Below, in pieces: positions 13,503 to 26,374 of a stretch of 63,090 nt of DNA (the stretch's first letter is position 1; every line of letters starts with the position of its first letter). A program made the position numbers and the translations under genes. Below the pieces are notes generated by a model. The model ran no database searches. It saw nothing but the letters and a program-made list of their open reading frames with translations, and was not told the DNA's origin. The stretch lies in NCBI RefSeq assembly GCF_001194135.2, contig NC_068986.1, positions 59,571,639-59,634,728 on the forward strand, written 5' to 3'. Source of the DNA: Octopus bimaculoides (lineage: Eukaryota).

Positions 13503-14648
13503 GGTTTTGCAAGATTCTTGACAAGATGTATGTTGAAACATCTTCACTTTAGTTTCTATTTGTATTATTTTTTTGCTTATACATCTGTCAAAGTTCTTTC
13601 ATCACACATTCTGTGACCTCATCCATGACTCTCTGTCCCATGACAGACATAAACTAAAAATAATATGAATAAAAACTAAATTGAAGATCAAATAGTGCGT
13701 GTGCTTAATTGGCAAAAAAAGACCATCACCAAGTATAACAATATTTTTTATATATATATATATATATAAACAATCATCTATGGTGATCTATGGTGACATG
13801 GAAAACTATGCAAAAGTGTAACTTTGGGTTGAAAAATGTTAAATATTAAACTGAATAGCTTAATATGCAGAAGCATGATGTAAGACAAATAAACTACAGT
13901 GACCTGATTTTCTCATGATAAATATAGTTCAAGGCAATGGGGAAAGTATATATATATATATTTTTCTTTTTCTTCTTTATTCAAACAAATGAAATAAACA
14001 GCTTTCAGTCAATCCTTGAAATTGAACTATAAAGTAGTTTGGAGAAAGTAAAATAACAAAACCTGTTTGTTAATTGTATTCCATAAATATTTCATGCTTC
14101 TTGTCAAATAGTAAAGTCATAAAATTTATAACTGGGCAGTGAACCAAATATTTATAATAAAAATATTTTACTAATTCCTTGTACCTTATTAATTCTTAAA
14201 GGAAATAATTGCTTTTCTTTCTTTTTTCTTCTATTTTTGCTTTAGTTTGGTAAACGGAATAAAATAAATATTGAACTCAATATATTTGCATGATTTTTAC
14301 CATAGCATTGAACTATAAATACATGTTTGATTGCTGAAATCTTGAAACAAACTAAAAATGTGCTAATAGGTTACTCATAGAGACTCAAAGAAAAAAAAAA
14401 ACATGAGAATTCAGTGGTAGATGAAAGCATGTCTCTTCATTGACCTTTTAATAATGTATTTTCTTTTCAGGATTATTGCAGTGCTCAACAACAAAGCATT
14501 TAGTTGGCACAATTGTGTGTGATGATTTAGGAGTTTGAGGTATTGGGATAACTTCAATATCTATGCCTGGAATATTGTTACAAGCCGTTTTATGACAGCT
14601 TCAGTGTATTAGTTCCTGAAAATAAATTAAATGGTCTGGTTTGAATTA

Positions 14649-15910
14649 TTGGGTCATCCCATAAATAAGGCAGTTTTTTATTCTTCTTTTATTTTTCAAA
14701 ATTAAGATAAACAAAATTCATTTTTAATCTAAAATATACTCTCCTTAATTTTCTACAATGCTCCTCTATCTATCTGGTAGACTTACAAGGCCCCTCTTCC
14801 AAAATTCACTTGTCCGTGATGAAAAATACTCCTCCAGTACTGTTCTGACCTCATCTACAGAATTCATATTTTTTTCCATCCAAATGATTTAGAAGACTGT
14901 GAAATAAATAATCAAGAGGGGCAATGTCTGGCAAATATGGTGGGTGGGGCATCATTTCCCATTCAAACTACTCCTAGCTTTTGGAATGTCATCCTTACTG
15001 TATTTGGCCAAGCATTATCCTGATGGAAGAACACCTTTCGTCTTGAAACCAAAGATGGTTATTTTCCTTCTAGTGCTGACTTAAGCCATTCAAGTTGCTC
15101 ACAATAGATCTCCTTTGTTATCGTTTGGTTTGGGTTTAAAAGTTCAAAGTGAACTAAAGTTTTCGTATCCCACCAAACAGATAATAACACCTTATGTGGG
15201 TGAAGCCCTTCTCTAGCCTGGGGTGCCGTTTTTCTCTTTTCCCTATCCACTGTCTTCGACTTTTGACATTTTTATAGAGAACCCATTGCTAATCACCAGT
15301 CACTATTTGGTCCAAAAAAGGTGAGACGTGACAGCAAAGAAGAACACACATTCACTCTCTGCATGTAATTAGACTCGGAAAGTTTGTGAGGAGTCCATTG
15401 ACCAAATTTGCTGACAATGTCGATGGCATGCAGGTGTCAATGAATGGTTGAATGACCAAATCCAAGCTTCTCTGCTAATTCCTCAATAGTTATGATGGGA
15501 TTTTGTTCCACCAGGGTTTGCAGGACATCCTTGTTGAGCTCTACAGGTTTTCCAGGATGAGGCTCATCTTCTAGGCTGTAGTTTCCAGCTTGGAATTTCT
15601 GGAACCACCATTGACACTGGCTTATGCCTTATTGTCCGATCCCATTATATTGCATTAATATTCCTTGCACTTTTCATTGCATTGTTGCCTTTATTGAACT
15701 CATATGCTGAATATACTCCTTTGTCATTTCCATAATGGCTTTGAAAAAATAACTATTAAAATTGAACTGCACTCTTTAAAACTTGCACTAAGAATAAGCA
15801 CAAGGTAAAATTACTACCTGCAAGTTGATGCTGGTAGTTTATCTTGTCCCACTCCGACTTTTAGTTCATGCAATTGAAAAAAAACCCATATTATTTATGG
15901 GATGACCCAA
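14649..15910 (-). mobile_element. Full-length (~1.26 kb) degenerate mariner element with both TIRs
   Basis: TIR ttgggtcatcccataaata at 14649 (after TA) and its complement ending 15910. Minus-strand HPHKVLLSVWWDTKTLVHFELLNPNQTITKEIYCEQL. Confidence 0.92.
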
Positions 15911-16683
15911 TCGTTGTTGCTTTTCATTGCAACAGAGAAATATCTTGCTACAAATCCGTTCTATTCTATTCTCATTAACAAAAGTAAGGAAGTGGAGTGA
16001 TGTACATCATATAATCTTTATACATTTAGTTAATTTGACTAGGAAGTGATTAAGGGTCTAAAGATGAGAAAGCAAATATTCTTCAGTCAGGACTTATAAA
16101 AATTTTGCAATCATAGAACAAAGGATGTTGAAAATAGCAACATAGATACTTTAGAGTGAGTAGGACTGTTGAGAACAGAAACTTCAGAGGGAAAAGTATC
16201 ATGATATTGAGAGAAAAGAATTGTTATATTTTCTGATTAATTTCCAAGTTTTGATCCTCTGTTCAATTGATCACTTCCTTGTATTCAACTTTCCATTAAA
16301 AAACATCATTTCACAAAAATTTAAGAGGGAGTGGAGGAGTTAGGTTAGTTCAGCGATGTTAATGTTTGCCTTAAAGCAAGGGATAAATTCACAATTAATA
16401 ATAAAAAAAAGCACCAAAAATTAGTTCAGCCATTTGATTATATGTAGAATATATCCTGCAACAAAGTATATTATTTCATCAATGAAACAGATTTTAGACA
16501 ATTGTTTGCTTAATATTTCACAATTTGATAGTTTAAATATTTTCCTGGAAATAAAATAAACTCCATTGATATGGAGAAGTGGAGAAACAACATTTATTTT
16601 GCTTTCCCCAAACTTTAATTTATAACGAAAGTTGTTGCTGTAAATTAATACAGAGTGACAAAAGTAATCATTCAATATCTTAC

Positions 16684-17507
16684 CTTGGAACACTATCCAA
16701 AGTGCCTGGAGTGTCGACTTGAGGGAGCGTTTGTGAGGAGGTTAACTTGTAACTTGGCACTGAGTGGGATAATGTTACAGGAACGGTAACTGTTCGGGTT
16801 ATAGACTTTTTGGAAGAGTACAAGCGAGAAAACAATTTGTCTTTGTTGCCAGATGTATCACAGTCATTTGGGTCTGGACGAAGAGTTAAACTTTTGGGTA
16901 AAGACGTCACAACATGGTGAGATAAATCCTCTGTAATATAACCATCATTAAATAATTGTTCTTGGTACTCTTCCATATCTTGTGACGACATGTTGCTGAT
17001 TGGAGAAATCTGGGTAACAATTTCACCTTTTGTAGGCAGTGATGCACGACGAGGTTGGATTTTGGGGCTTGTTGGTAGACTGGCACATATTGCATGCCAA
17101 GAAGCAGTTTTCTTTTCTGATTGACTTGGAGGAAGTAATAAATAATTTTCATCCAGATCTGTCACTGAAGATTTTACAATACAGTTGCAAGGACTATCAG
17201 AATTAGCTAAAGATTTTGTTTGACGTTGAGACTTGGCCCTTTTCAAAGCCAGCTTCCGGGACTTTAATTTACACTGGGCTTCTTCACAACGGGCTATTGT
17301 CTTCTGACATTGACTGATGAGTTTTTCATTCTGTAACTCTTTTGCCTGTTGCAGAGTCTCTTTAAACAACTCATCACTGATTGGAGGATGGTCCTGCATA
17401 AACAGTTCCATGCTTCTAATCATGTTGTCTAACTTCTCCACACTTGAGCAATTTTCTGTCTTCATGTTTACGATAAACTTCATGGATTCCAAAGCCCAAT
17501 TATAGGC
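16684..17507 (-). CDS. Internal coding exon (274 codons + 2 nt) of a probable puratrophin-1/PLEKHG4-like RhoGEF (spectrin-repeat region followed by a Ser/Pro-rich linker)
   Basis: Open frame AYNWALESMKFIVNMKTENCSSVEKLDNMIRSMELFMQDHPPISDELFKETLQQAKELQNEKLISQCQKTIARCEEAQ...TLDSVP. Acceptor cttttcttttcag|GCC at 17507 (phase 0); donor AAG|gtaaga at 16684 (phase 2). Family assignment is from recalled similarity of the AYxWALExMK...HPPI motif and is not database-verified. Confidence 0.8.
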
Positions 17508-18677
17508 CTGAAAAGAAAAGAATAAAAAGTGTGATAAACAGCTGAAATTTGAAGGAACATAAGAAGGAAAAAGAAAAGAAAGAAAAAATTGCCAGGAAAT
17601 AATATTCCTTTTGATTAAAATAAATACAGAACAAAACTGTAATAAACAAAAAGTTAATTGAAAGAAAGTGAAATATTTCATGTAAAGTGAGTCTGACTGA
17701 ACTGACACTGAACATATAAAAGTAAGTCATCCAAAAGACAACTAGTTTTAGAAATTTCAACATGTTAGTAATGCATTAAGAAAATCTTGTTAGATGAGAA
17801 ATAAGAGTTCAATTTAAAATCTCACCACAATCTGTTATGCTGGTGGTAGTTTATGGAAATTTTAAATTGTGATTTATAAGCAATAAATGCACAGAATAAA
17901 TGAAAATTTATAATCTGATATACTAAATTATGATTGATTTTATATCATTATGATTTTTACAAAAATTTAATTTCAAGAAGGAATAATTAAGTTGAAAAGT
18001 CTTTCTTAAAAATCTCCATGAAATTAGCAATACCATTTATTTCTTTAATTTCTTTATATTCACTGAGTAGTGTGTGTGTGTGTGCGTGTGGGTGAGTGGG
18101 GGCGAAATGATAAAACACTAGACTGGATATTTTATCATATCTGATGCTCCACATTGCTGTCATCAAAGCATCCCAACTCCATTGAAAGTAAGAACTAATA
18201 CAGGTGCATGACATGGTTGTGTGGCTAAGAGTTGCTTTATAAAACCATTCTGTTTCAGATTAGATCCCACTGAATAACAATGCCTTGTGTGCAAAATTTG
18301 GTTGCTGGAAACATTGTGTGTATGCATGTGTGCATGTGTCTAGACATGTGAATCTGTATGTGCTTGTTTCCCAAGTTTTTGTTTTGACATTGCTTTACAG
18401 TGATGAAGTTTGTTTATATTCCACATAAAAAACAAGCAGTTCAATGTGTTAAGATTGGTGGAATAAAATACTTTACTTGAAAAATGTGTAAGAGTTAGCA
18501 TCAAAAAGCTCACCCAGACACAGAACCCAGTCTTAAGAAATATCATTCAATTCATGTCTTCATGGAAAGCAAACGTAAAAATGATGTTAGTTTAATCAGC
18601 TCTTAACTTTCCTTCTTTTATAAAGGAATGCACATAGGCAAAAAAAAAAAAAGAAAAAAATTATATCTGTATATCAA

Positions 18678-18836
18678 ACACAGGTGTGGCTATGTGGTAA
18701 GAAGTTTGCTTCCTAACCACATGGTTCTGGGTTTGGTCCAACTGCGTGGCACCTTAGGCAAATGTTATCTATTATAGCCTCAGGCTGATCAAAGCCTTGA
18801 GTGGATTTTGCAGACAGAAACTGAAAGAAGGCCATC

Positions 18837-18879
<43 letters not shown>

Positions 18880-19085
18880 TTTGTCCCCCACCACTGCTTG
18901 ACAATCGGTGTTGGTGTGTTTACATCCCTGTAACTTAGCAGTTTAGCAAAAGAGCCCAATAGAATAAGTACCAGGATTAAAAACGAAAATAAGTACAAGG
19001 GTTGACTAGTTTAACTGAAATTTCTCAAGGCAGTGCCCCAGCATGGCCACAATTTAATGACTGAAACAAGTAAAAGATAAAAGAT
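18678..19085 (+). mobile_element. tRNA-headed SINE family A
   Basis: Box A-like tggctatgtggtaag and box B-like ggtttggtcc, internal (TG)n, taaaaga tail. Many copies in the window. Confidence 0.8.
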
Positions 19086-19454
19086 ACTTTAATAAAAAAA
19101 GCTGCTTATTAATTAGTCTAGAGTATGTAACATTTTCCAAAAGAAAACAATTATTAAAGTCTACTCTGTCAAGAAAATTTTATTAATTTCAGTTTAATAT
19201 ATTTTTATCAAAATATGGTCTTCAAAATCGAAGACTACAGAAAACTAATTATAATTCACTGTGAGATAGCATTTTTTTTTAATACTGTGACATAGCATCT
19301 TCAGTTGCCTTAATTTCAGGACACCCTGTATAGTGCATGAAAAAGAGGAAATATGAAGAAGAGGAGAAAAGATTTAGTTTGGTTTATTGGGATAGGGTGT
19401 GTGAAAAATTTAATGTTACATGTAGGTGGGACACACAGTGCTTCCAGAACCCAG

Positions 19455-19762
19455 TTTCAATGAGGTGAGTGGGTCTTCTCAAGAACCCCCTATCACCAGA
19501 CATCCCAGTCCATTATCATCTCTCTCATGATGTCCATCATCTTGAGACTGGTCCTCACTACTTCATCCCATGTCTTCCTGGGTATCTCTCTTCTACAAGT
19601 GCCATCCACTTTAAGCAATCAGCACTTCTTTACACAGCTGTCTTCATTCATATGCATCACATGTCCTAACCAATGTAGTCTTCTCTCTTGCAGGCTGCAT
19701 CTGATTTTTCTTATGCCCAACTCTTCTCTCAGCACATTTGTACTTTGTCATACATGCACACT
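19455..19762 (-). mobile_element. RTE-type LINE, RT C-terminal fragment
   Basis: Homologous to 22735-23255 and 45250-45590 (LREKLGIR...CxxQERRLHWxGHVMxM). Confidence 0.75.
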
Positions 19763-20760
19763 AAGGTAGGTCAATTTTGGAACTATAATCTTGGACTAGT
19801 CTAGATAGAAAGGTATTGATATAGAAAAAACTTTGCATTAGCTCTTAGTTATGAAAATGATTGTATGTTTTTAGGATTCTCAGTTATTTCTAAGTTGTAA
19901 AATTGTATAATTTTATACATAAAAAGCCAACCATTGGACCTAATTTAATCAAAATAACAAATTAAAATTTGTTGTTTTCAACAAAACAATGCCTGGCACT
20001 TGCTTAAATGCTTTATAAATGTTTATTGATGTATTATTTTGTACTCTCTAATGATATTTGCTTATCAAATGCTTGCTAAATTGAATTATTTTCAGATATT
20101 TCATAAAAATGGGTAGAAAAAGGAAGTCTGCAGTATTAACTCAAAGTAATAGTACCAAAAAAATTGGTGGTAGGTAAAACAGAGTCTCCTACCCTCTGCC
20201 AAGTTATTCAGCACAGTTATTTCCTCCAAAACAGACAACTGGACTTGAAAGACTATGATGTAACTGGCAGGCAGAATACTATGTAATGAAATTGGTGGAG
20301 AAAGTGTGTTTCAAGAAATCAAAAGAGATAAACCACAAATCTCTTTCCATAGTCAAGGAGCAGAATATGGAGGAAAAGCTGGATAAAATTTTTGACATTT
20401 CTGTTCGTACCTGTAAGCTACTAGTTTGTCCTTGTGATGATAATGCTGTGAAATGCAAGAAAGAAAATTCTGAAGCTCAGCACATAATTTGCACATGTCC
20501 TCCCAGTAAGAAGGTAAAGCTATTTTTTAAACTTTTAACTAATCTTACTGAGCTTGATTAGTTGCCTTTAAAATAGAAGAAAATCTCATGTATGCAATTA
20601 GAAAATATACACATTTTCCTCCTGTAATCTACCTTTCCCCATTGGTATAAAAAATTAATTATTAATTTTTTCATGATTTTATCTCTTATTTTAAATCTAC
20701 TGTTCAATATACTTTAATATTTCAGGTTCCAGTAGAGAAGGGGACATTATCATATTAAGC
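19763..20760 (+). mobile_element. DNA-transposase relic (N-terminal part) with a GT-AG intron at 20514-20725
   Basis: MGRKRKSAV..., PTLCQVIQHSYF and KLDKIFDISVRTCK...CTCPPSKK|VPVE (joined across the intron) match my recollection of the LFDIxxCKC...CxCxxxKKVPxE pattern of invertebrate cut-and-paste transposases. Superfamily not assigned. Confidence 0.55.
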
Positions 20761-22128
20761 CCTCACTATCTTAATTAGACCAAAGTCATTAACAACAAAA
20801 GTGTGGAAAATCAACCTACCCTAATGCACCCTGATGTTGCATATCTACTGGAGCATACTAGCTTCATTCTTCTCAAGTTTATGCATGTCTTCTACATTCA
20901 GAGCCCATGTCTCACTACCATGGAGTATAGCCATTCATACATAAGCATCATACAACCTGTCTTTCACTCAGAGAGAGTCCTTTTGTTCCCAACAGCGATA
21001 ATAGCTTTCTGAACTTCCTTCATCCTAATCTTATTCTAGCAACAATACTTTCAGAAATCCTCTAACACTGCTAATTTGGTCACCTGAGCAACAGAAACTA
21101 TCTCTTTATATAGGTTTTTAATACTAACATGTACACACACACATGCACACACACATACACACACACACTTATATCAACAGAAAAGCAATGCTGAAGAAAT
21201 AAGTTACAAAATCACATGTGTTCAAACCTACAGTAAGATTTTTTTTTCTAGTACATACTTAGTGTGCATTCCAGTTCACTGTCATGCAAAGTTACAAAAT
21301 TTTCTGATATGTATGTATACAATAAATAAACTACTTTTACATAGCTAAGTTAAGTCACCATAATACCTGATTTCTTCATAAATTCTAACACTCTCTTTCA
21401 GTATTTGCTATTATTCTAAATTTATTTATTAAGCAACTGAGTGCTATGAGACAAATAAAGGAGACAAAGGAATGTCTAGATATAACATATCAGGAAAATT
21501 GTACAAACTAGAAATCAACTATCTAAATACCATTTGGTGACTAGCAGAAAACTGCTTTTCTGGAATTCATTAAACAAATAGTTTTTAATAAAATGAATTT
21601 TTAAAAATATACTAACATAATCATCAGAGGTGAATTCGTTGGTATGGTTGTTTGTATGTTACAGATCTTAGAATATCCACATGATACCTGCTATTTCTAG
21701 CATCGTAAATGACCATATAGAAGATGCATGACCTTTGCATTTGTTTAAAAGAGAGAAACTAAGACTATGATAAAATAATGAAAGAAATATTAACTGAACA
21801 GGTGAGTACTATTATATGAATAAAGAATACCAAGGAAAATTAGACATACCAGAAAAATTACACAAATTGGAAATCAAATGCATAAAATATCACGTAGCGA
21901 CTAGCAGAAAAGCACTCGGAAGGCAATCTTTCTGCTAGTGTTATCAATTGAAAGTCTCAAAATTAGATTAATATGTGACATAAAGTCATGTTTACATGTC
22001 TGAGACTGAGCACTCACTGTTTACTATCTCCTCCACCTTCCCCCTCTCTTTGCTATTACCTACGAAAGGCTGTCAATGTTCTCTCTCTCTCCTCTCTCTC
22101 TCTCTCCTCTCTGTCTGTGTCCTCTCTC

Positions 22129-22182
<54 letters not shown>

Positions 22183-22734
22183 GCCACAGTCCCTGTTCTT
22201 TTGAATTTGGTTAAGATGTAATAACACCTTAAACAAGCAAGTTAGCAACTAAGTTAATTATTTTCTGAATCACAGATTGTTTAGGCCAATCTTTCACTTC
22301 CAGTTGATCTCTATAGGCTGAATAAACTGACAAAAGTACACTCATGTTGTTGTTCAATCTGCAAGAAATAGTAATCAAATCTCTCTCAAATCACAACCTC
22401 TCACCTCCAGCAAAAGAAAAAAAAAAAAGAAAAAGAAAGAAGTTTTAGGTGTGGCAGCACGGTCTAGAATCGAAGGGCCTTAGAGTTAACTTAGCAAAAA
22501 CCAAAGTCTTAGTAAGTAGGAAGGCAGACAAATCACAAATCCCTTCTGGTTGATGGCTCTGCTCAATCTGTTGAAAAGGCATAGGTAGAAACTCTATAAG
22601 ATGCACCTGATGTAAGCTATGGACACATAAGAGGTGCAGCAATATCAGAGGAAGGTTAACAGGGAAAATAACTTTTGTGTGTGGAAAATGCACAAGTACA
22701 ATAAACACCGAAAATGTACAAGAAAATAGACTCC

Positions 22735-23255
22735 ATCAACTACCAGGTAGGTAAGCTAGAGGTAGTAGATAGCTTCCATTTTCTGGGTGACCAAATTTGT
22801 AGCAGAGATGGATGCTCTGAGTATGTAGCTGTGAGAATAAGAATAGGCTGGGCAAAGTTCATAGAGCTCCTACCTCTGCTGGCAACAAAGGGCCTCTCCC
22901 ACAGAGTGAAAGGCAGATTTTATGACGCCTGTGTGCAAACAGCCATGCTACAGGGCAATGAAACATGGTCTGTGACAGCCAAGGACATGCATAGGCTTGA
23001 AAGAAATGATGTATGCTTCACTGGATGTGCAATGTCATAGTGCATGTACAGCAGAGTGTAAGCACTTTGAGAGAAAAGTTGGGCATAAGATGCATCAGAT
23101 GTGGTGTGCAAGAGAGACAACTGTGCTGGTATGGTCATGTGATGTGTATGGGTAAGGACAGCTGTGTAAAGAAGTGCTGAACTCTAACTGTGAAGGGAAT
23201 CTGTGGTAGAGGTAGATCCAGGAAGACATGGGATGAAGTGATGAAGCATGATCTT
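22735..23255 (+). mobile_element. RTE-type LINE, RT C-terminal fragment
   Basis: LEVVDSFHFLGD...RIRIGWAKFIELLPLLATKGLSHRVKGRFYDACVQTAMLQGNETW...GRGRSRKTW. Confidence 0.85.
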
Positions 23256-23259
23256 CCAA

Positions 23260-24134
23260 TTGTTGAACAAAACCCACGTCAAAGTGTCAGCGAAATGCCT
23301 CAGGCACTTGGTGTTGGTATTGCAAAAGTCTTACACAATCTGTAGAAGACTGGTAAGGTGAAAAAGCTTGATAAATGGGTACTGCATGAGCTCAATGAAA
23401 ATCAAAATGTTCGGCATTTTGAAGTGTGCTTGATGCTCTCTCTGCAAAACACCAATGATCCTTTTCTTGACCAAATAGTCACTTGTGACGAAAAGTGGAT
23501 CCTTTATGATAACTGTAAATGATCGGGTCAATGGCTTCATAATGATGAGTCCCCCAAACATTTCCCAAAGCCAAAGTTGCATCAGGAAAAGATTATGGTG
23601 ACTGTCTGGTGGTTTGCAATTGGTGTTGTCCTTTACAGCTTTCTGGAAGCCAATCAGAGCATTTCAGCAGAGGTTTAATGCAATAAACTCACTGAAATTC
23701 ATGCTCACTTGCAAAAAATGAGACCTGCATTGATGAATCAGAATGGCCCAATTCTGCTCCATGATAATGCAAAGCCACATGTTGCAAGAATGATGCTGCA
23801 GAAACTCACAGACTTGGGATATGAGACTTTACTACATCCTCCATATTCTCCTGATCTTTCACCCACTGACTACCATTTTTTAAAGCATTTAAATACGTTT
23901 TTAAGTGATAAAATTTTCAGGTCCAAACCAAAGGTGGAATCAGCTTTCAAAGATTTCTTAGCATCAAAGCTAATAAGTTTTTATCAATGAGGCATAAATA
24001 ATCTTGTTGATCGATGGCAGAGATGCATATATGTTCATGGGTCATACTTTGACTAATCAAAACATCTCTATTGTAAGTTTTTTCAGAATAAAATAATTTT
24101 TTTGAAATCGGACGTTATTTTCAGAACAACCTAA
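23260..24134 (+). mobile_element. 5'-truncated mariner (DD34D) element with right TIR
   Basis: WVLHEL, CDEKWILYDN, LLHDNAKPH and YSPDLSPTDYHF motifs. Ends gacgttattttcagaacaacctaa|TA. Confidence 0.92.
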
Positions 24135-24489
24135 TATTAAAGCTTCACAGATGGCAAATTGGCAGAATCATCAGAATATTGGATAAAATATCTCACAGGT
24201 CAAATCTGAGGTCAAATCCCACTGAAGCTAACTTTGCCTTTCATCCTTTTAGTGTTGAACGAACGTACCAATCCAGAGTTCAAATTCCATCACAGTGTAT
24301 TTAGGTGGCAGACTTAATCTACTGCTTGATTTAAGTTCACCATCTGGAACCGTCAATGCCTTTAACAGAATCCATTTAGTTGCAAGCATCCAGGCCAGCT
24401 CTCTGTTTTAAGGATATCTTTCTCTCTCCCACCAGACTTGGAGGCTCAATAAGAGTCACAGACACTGTCCTTCACTCCTGACTAAAATA

Positions 24490-24915
24490 TAGGTTTCAAA
24501 TTTTGCCACAAGGCCAGCAATTTGGGGAACGGGGATAAGTTGATTACATCAACTCCAATACTCAACTGATACTCATCTTATCGACCCCAAAAGGATGAAA
24601 GGCAAAGTCAGTCTCATCAGAATTTGAACTAAGAACATAAAGACGGATGAAATACCACTAAGCCTTTTGCTGACATGCTAACAGTTCTTCCAGTTTACTG
24701 CCTTCTAAAATATTGGTTTCAAATTTTGGCACAAGGCCAGTAACTTCAGGGGATGGGTTAAGTCGATTATATGGACCCCAGTGCTATACTGGTACTTATT
24801 TTATTGACCCAGAAAGGATGATAGACAAAGTCAACCTCAGTGGAATTTGAACTCAGTATGGTGGAATATTGCTAAGCATTTTGCCTGACTTGGCAATGCT
24901 TCTGCCAGCCCACCA
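24490..24915 (-). mobile_element. Two tandem SINE family B copies
   Basis: aaatttt(g/gg)cacaaggccag...aatttgaactc unit twice. Further copies at ~26375-26715(+), 34660-35060 (head-to-head pair) and 41455-41680(-). Confidence 0.75.
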
Positions 24916-25229
24916 CTTTCCTCCTGACGAAAATATTAAAAAAAAAAAAAGAAAAATACCATTATTCTTTTGTGTGAAAGTTGAGGGCAAGGTGGTGAAA
25001 ATCCTTTGAGTAATTTCAATCAGTCCATAAAATACTTGCCAATTCTCTATCTGCTGCTGATTACAACAGAGAACTATCACTGTAAACTGTATACTTACAC
25101 CACACTCTTCACATTGAAAGTTCAGTTGTTTAGATATGAATATATATCTCTGTGTCAGTTGTAGGGTAGAAACTGCTATCCTGTCATCTGTATTCTTTTA
25201 ACTTGATTCTTTTAATTTGTCTATCTAAT

Positions 25230-25836
25230 AAGCCAATGGTGAGGGGGAAGCAACCATATGACCATTTGAGTTGCCAAAAATGACAGCCAAATCTTACTTA
25301 ATTCACACTCTGCTGTTTTGAAAGCAGAAGTAGAAGGATATGTTGGTTAGTGTAGATTCTAATATACAAACAGATGGAACGTCATGGATGGAATACCTTT
25401 GATCATGCACATAGACAGTTAACCTGAAGCTAAACAACAATTCAAAAATAACAACAACTTGACTATCTACAAACCAATGAGAAGAGCCTCTATGTGGTTG
25501 CCAGATCTGCTAGAAATAATTACTAAATATCCCTTAAATCACACCCAAATGTCTTGAAAATGGAAGGACACATTGTGTAATGTAGCAGCTGATGTACAAG
25601 TAAATGGAATGGTAATAGCTGGAACATCTTTGATCATACAGAAGTCAGTTCTGAAAAGCTTCTGTATAATTGCTTGACTAGCTACAAATAGCAACCAAAT
25701 CTCCTTTATATCACACACAAAGCTCTAAGGAAGGAAGTGAACATCTTAGTTTATAACATATCCCTGAAAAGATGTAATGTGTTTGAACATGTGTCTAGCT
25801 GCTCAGTCAGAGTTAACCTGGGGTTAAACAACACAA

Positions 25837-25840
<4 letters not shown>
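25230..25840 (+). repeat. Three head-to-tail copies of an abundant ~200-bp dispersed repeat
   Basis: gctagaaatagcagccaaatctc...aaatcacacc-like core repeated three times. Related cores occur at ~500-660, 5890-6080, 6430-6590, 26840-27010, 30700-30850, 38890-38990, 47060-47270 and 60800-60960. Confidence 0.65.

Positions 25841-25918
<78 letters not shown>
25841..25918. repeat. (GA)n microsatellite
   Basis: Directly visible. Confidence 0.95.
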
Positions 25919-25921
<3 letters not shown>

Positions 25922-26323
25922 ATGGGGGCACAGACAGATTTTCATCAATAATCTGTACAGATATTTTGTACTTATTGAAAATTGATTTCTTACTGAATGT
26001 AATGTTGACTGTTTATAATGGGAACTAAAAACATGAGAGTATATAATTAAGGGGAAATAACACAGACTTTCCCTTTTCTTTTGCTTTTCATTTTTTGATT
26101 GCTTGTTTGCTGGCAATAACAACAATAACACATGCAATGATACCGATGAACAGAACAACAGCAACTATAATAAATAATAGTACAAATAATAAGATGGAAT
26201 TCAAAGACCCTTTCATCATCATTGATTATTGATATCATCATATTGATTATTCATATAACCATCATCATCAAGACTGTCATAACTTATCATCATCATTATT
26301 ATTATTATTTACTTTTAATCTGC

Positions 26324-26374
<51 letters not shown>

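Noticed and set aside
14430-14600. Minus-strand ~50-codon open stretch (NNIPGIDIEVIPIPQTPK...) as the next GEF exon
   Set aside because: No convincing phase-compatible acceptor or donor, and no recognisable homology.
17508-17708. N-terminal extension of the 342-aa ORF (MSVQSD...FFSFQ)
   Set aside because: Phe-rich translation of the polypyrimidine tract and intron; the exon starts at the acceptor at 17507.
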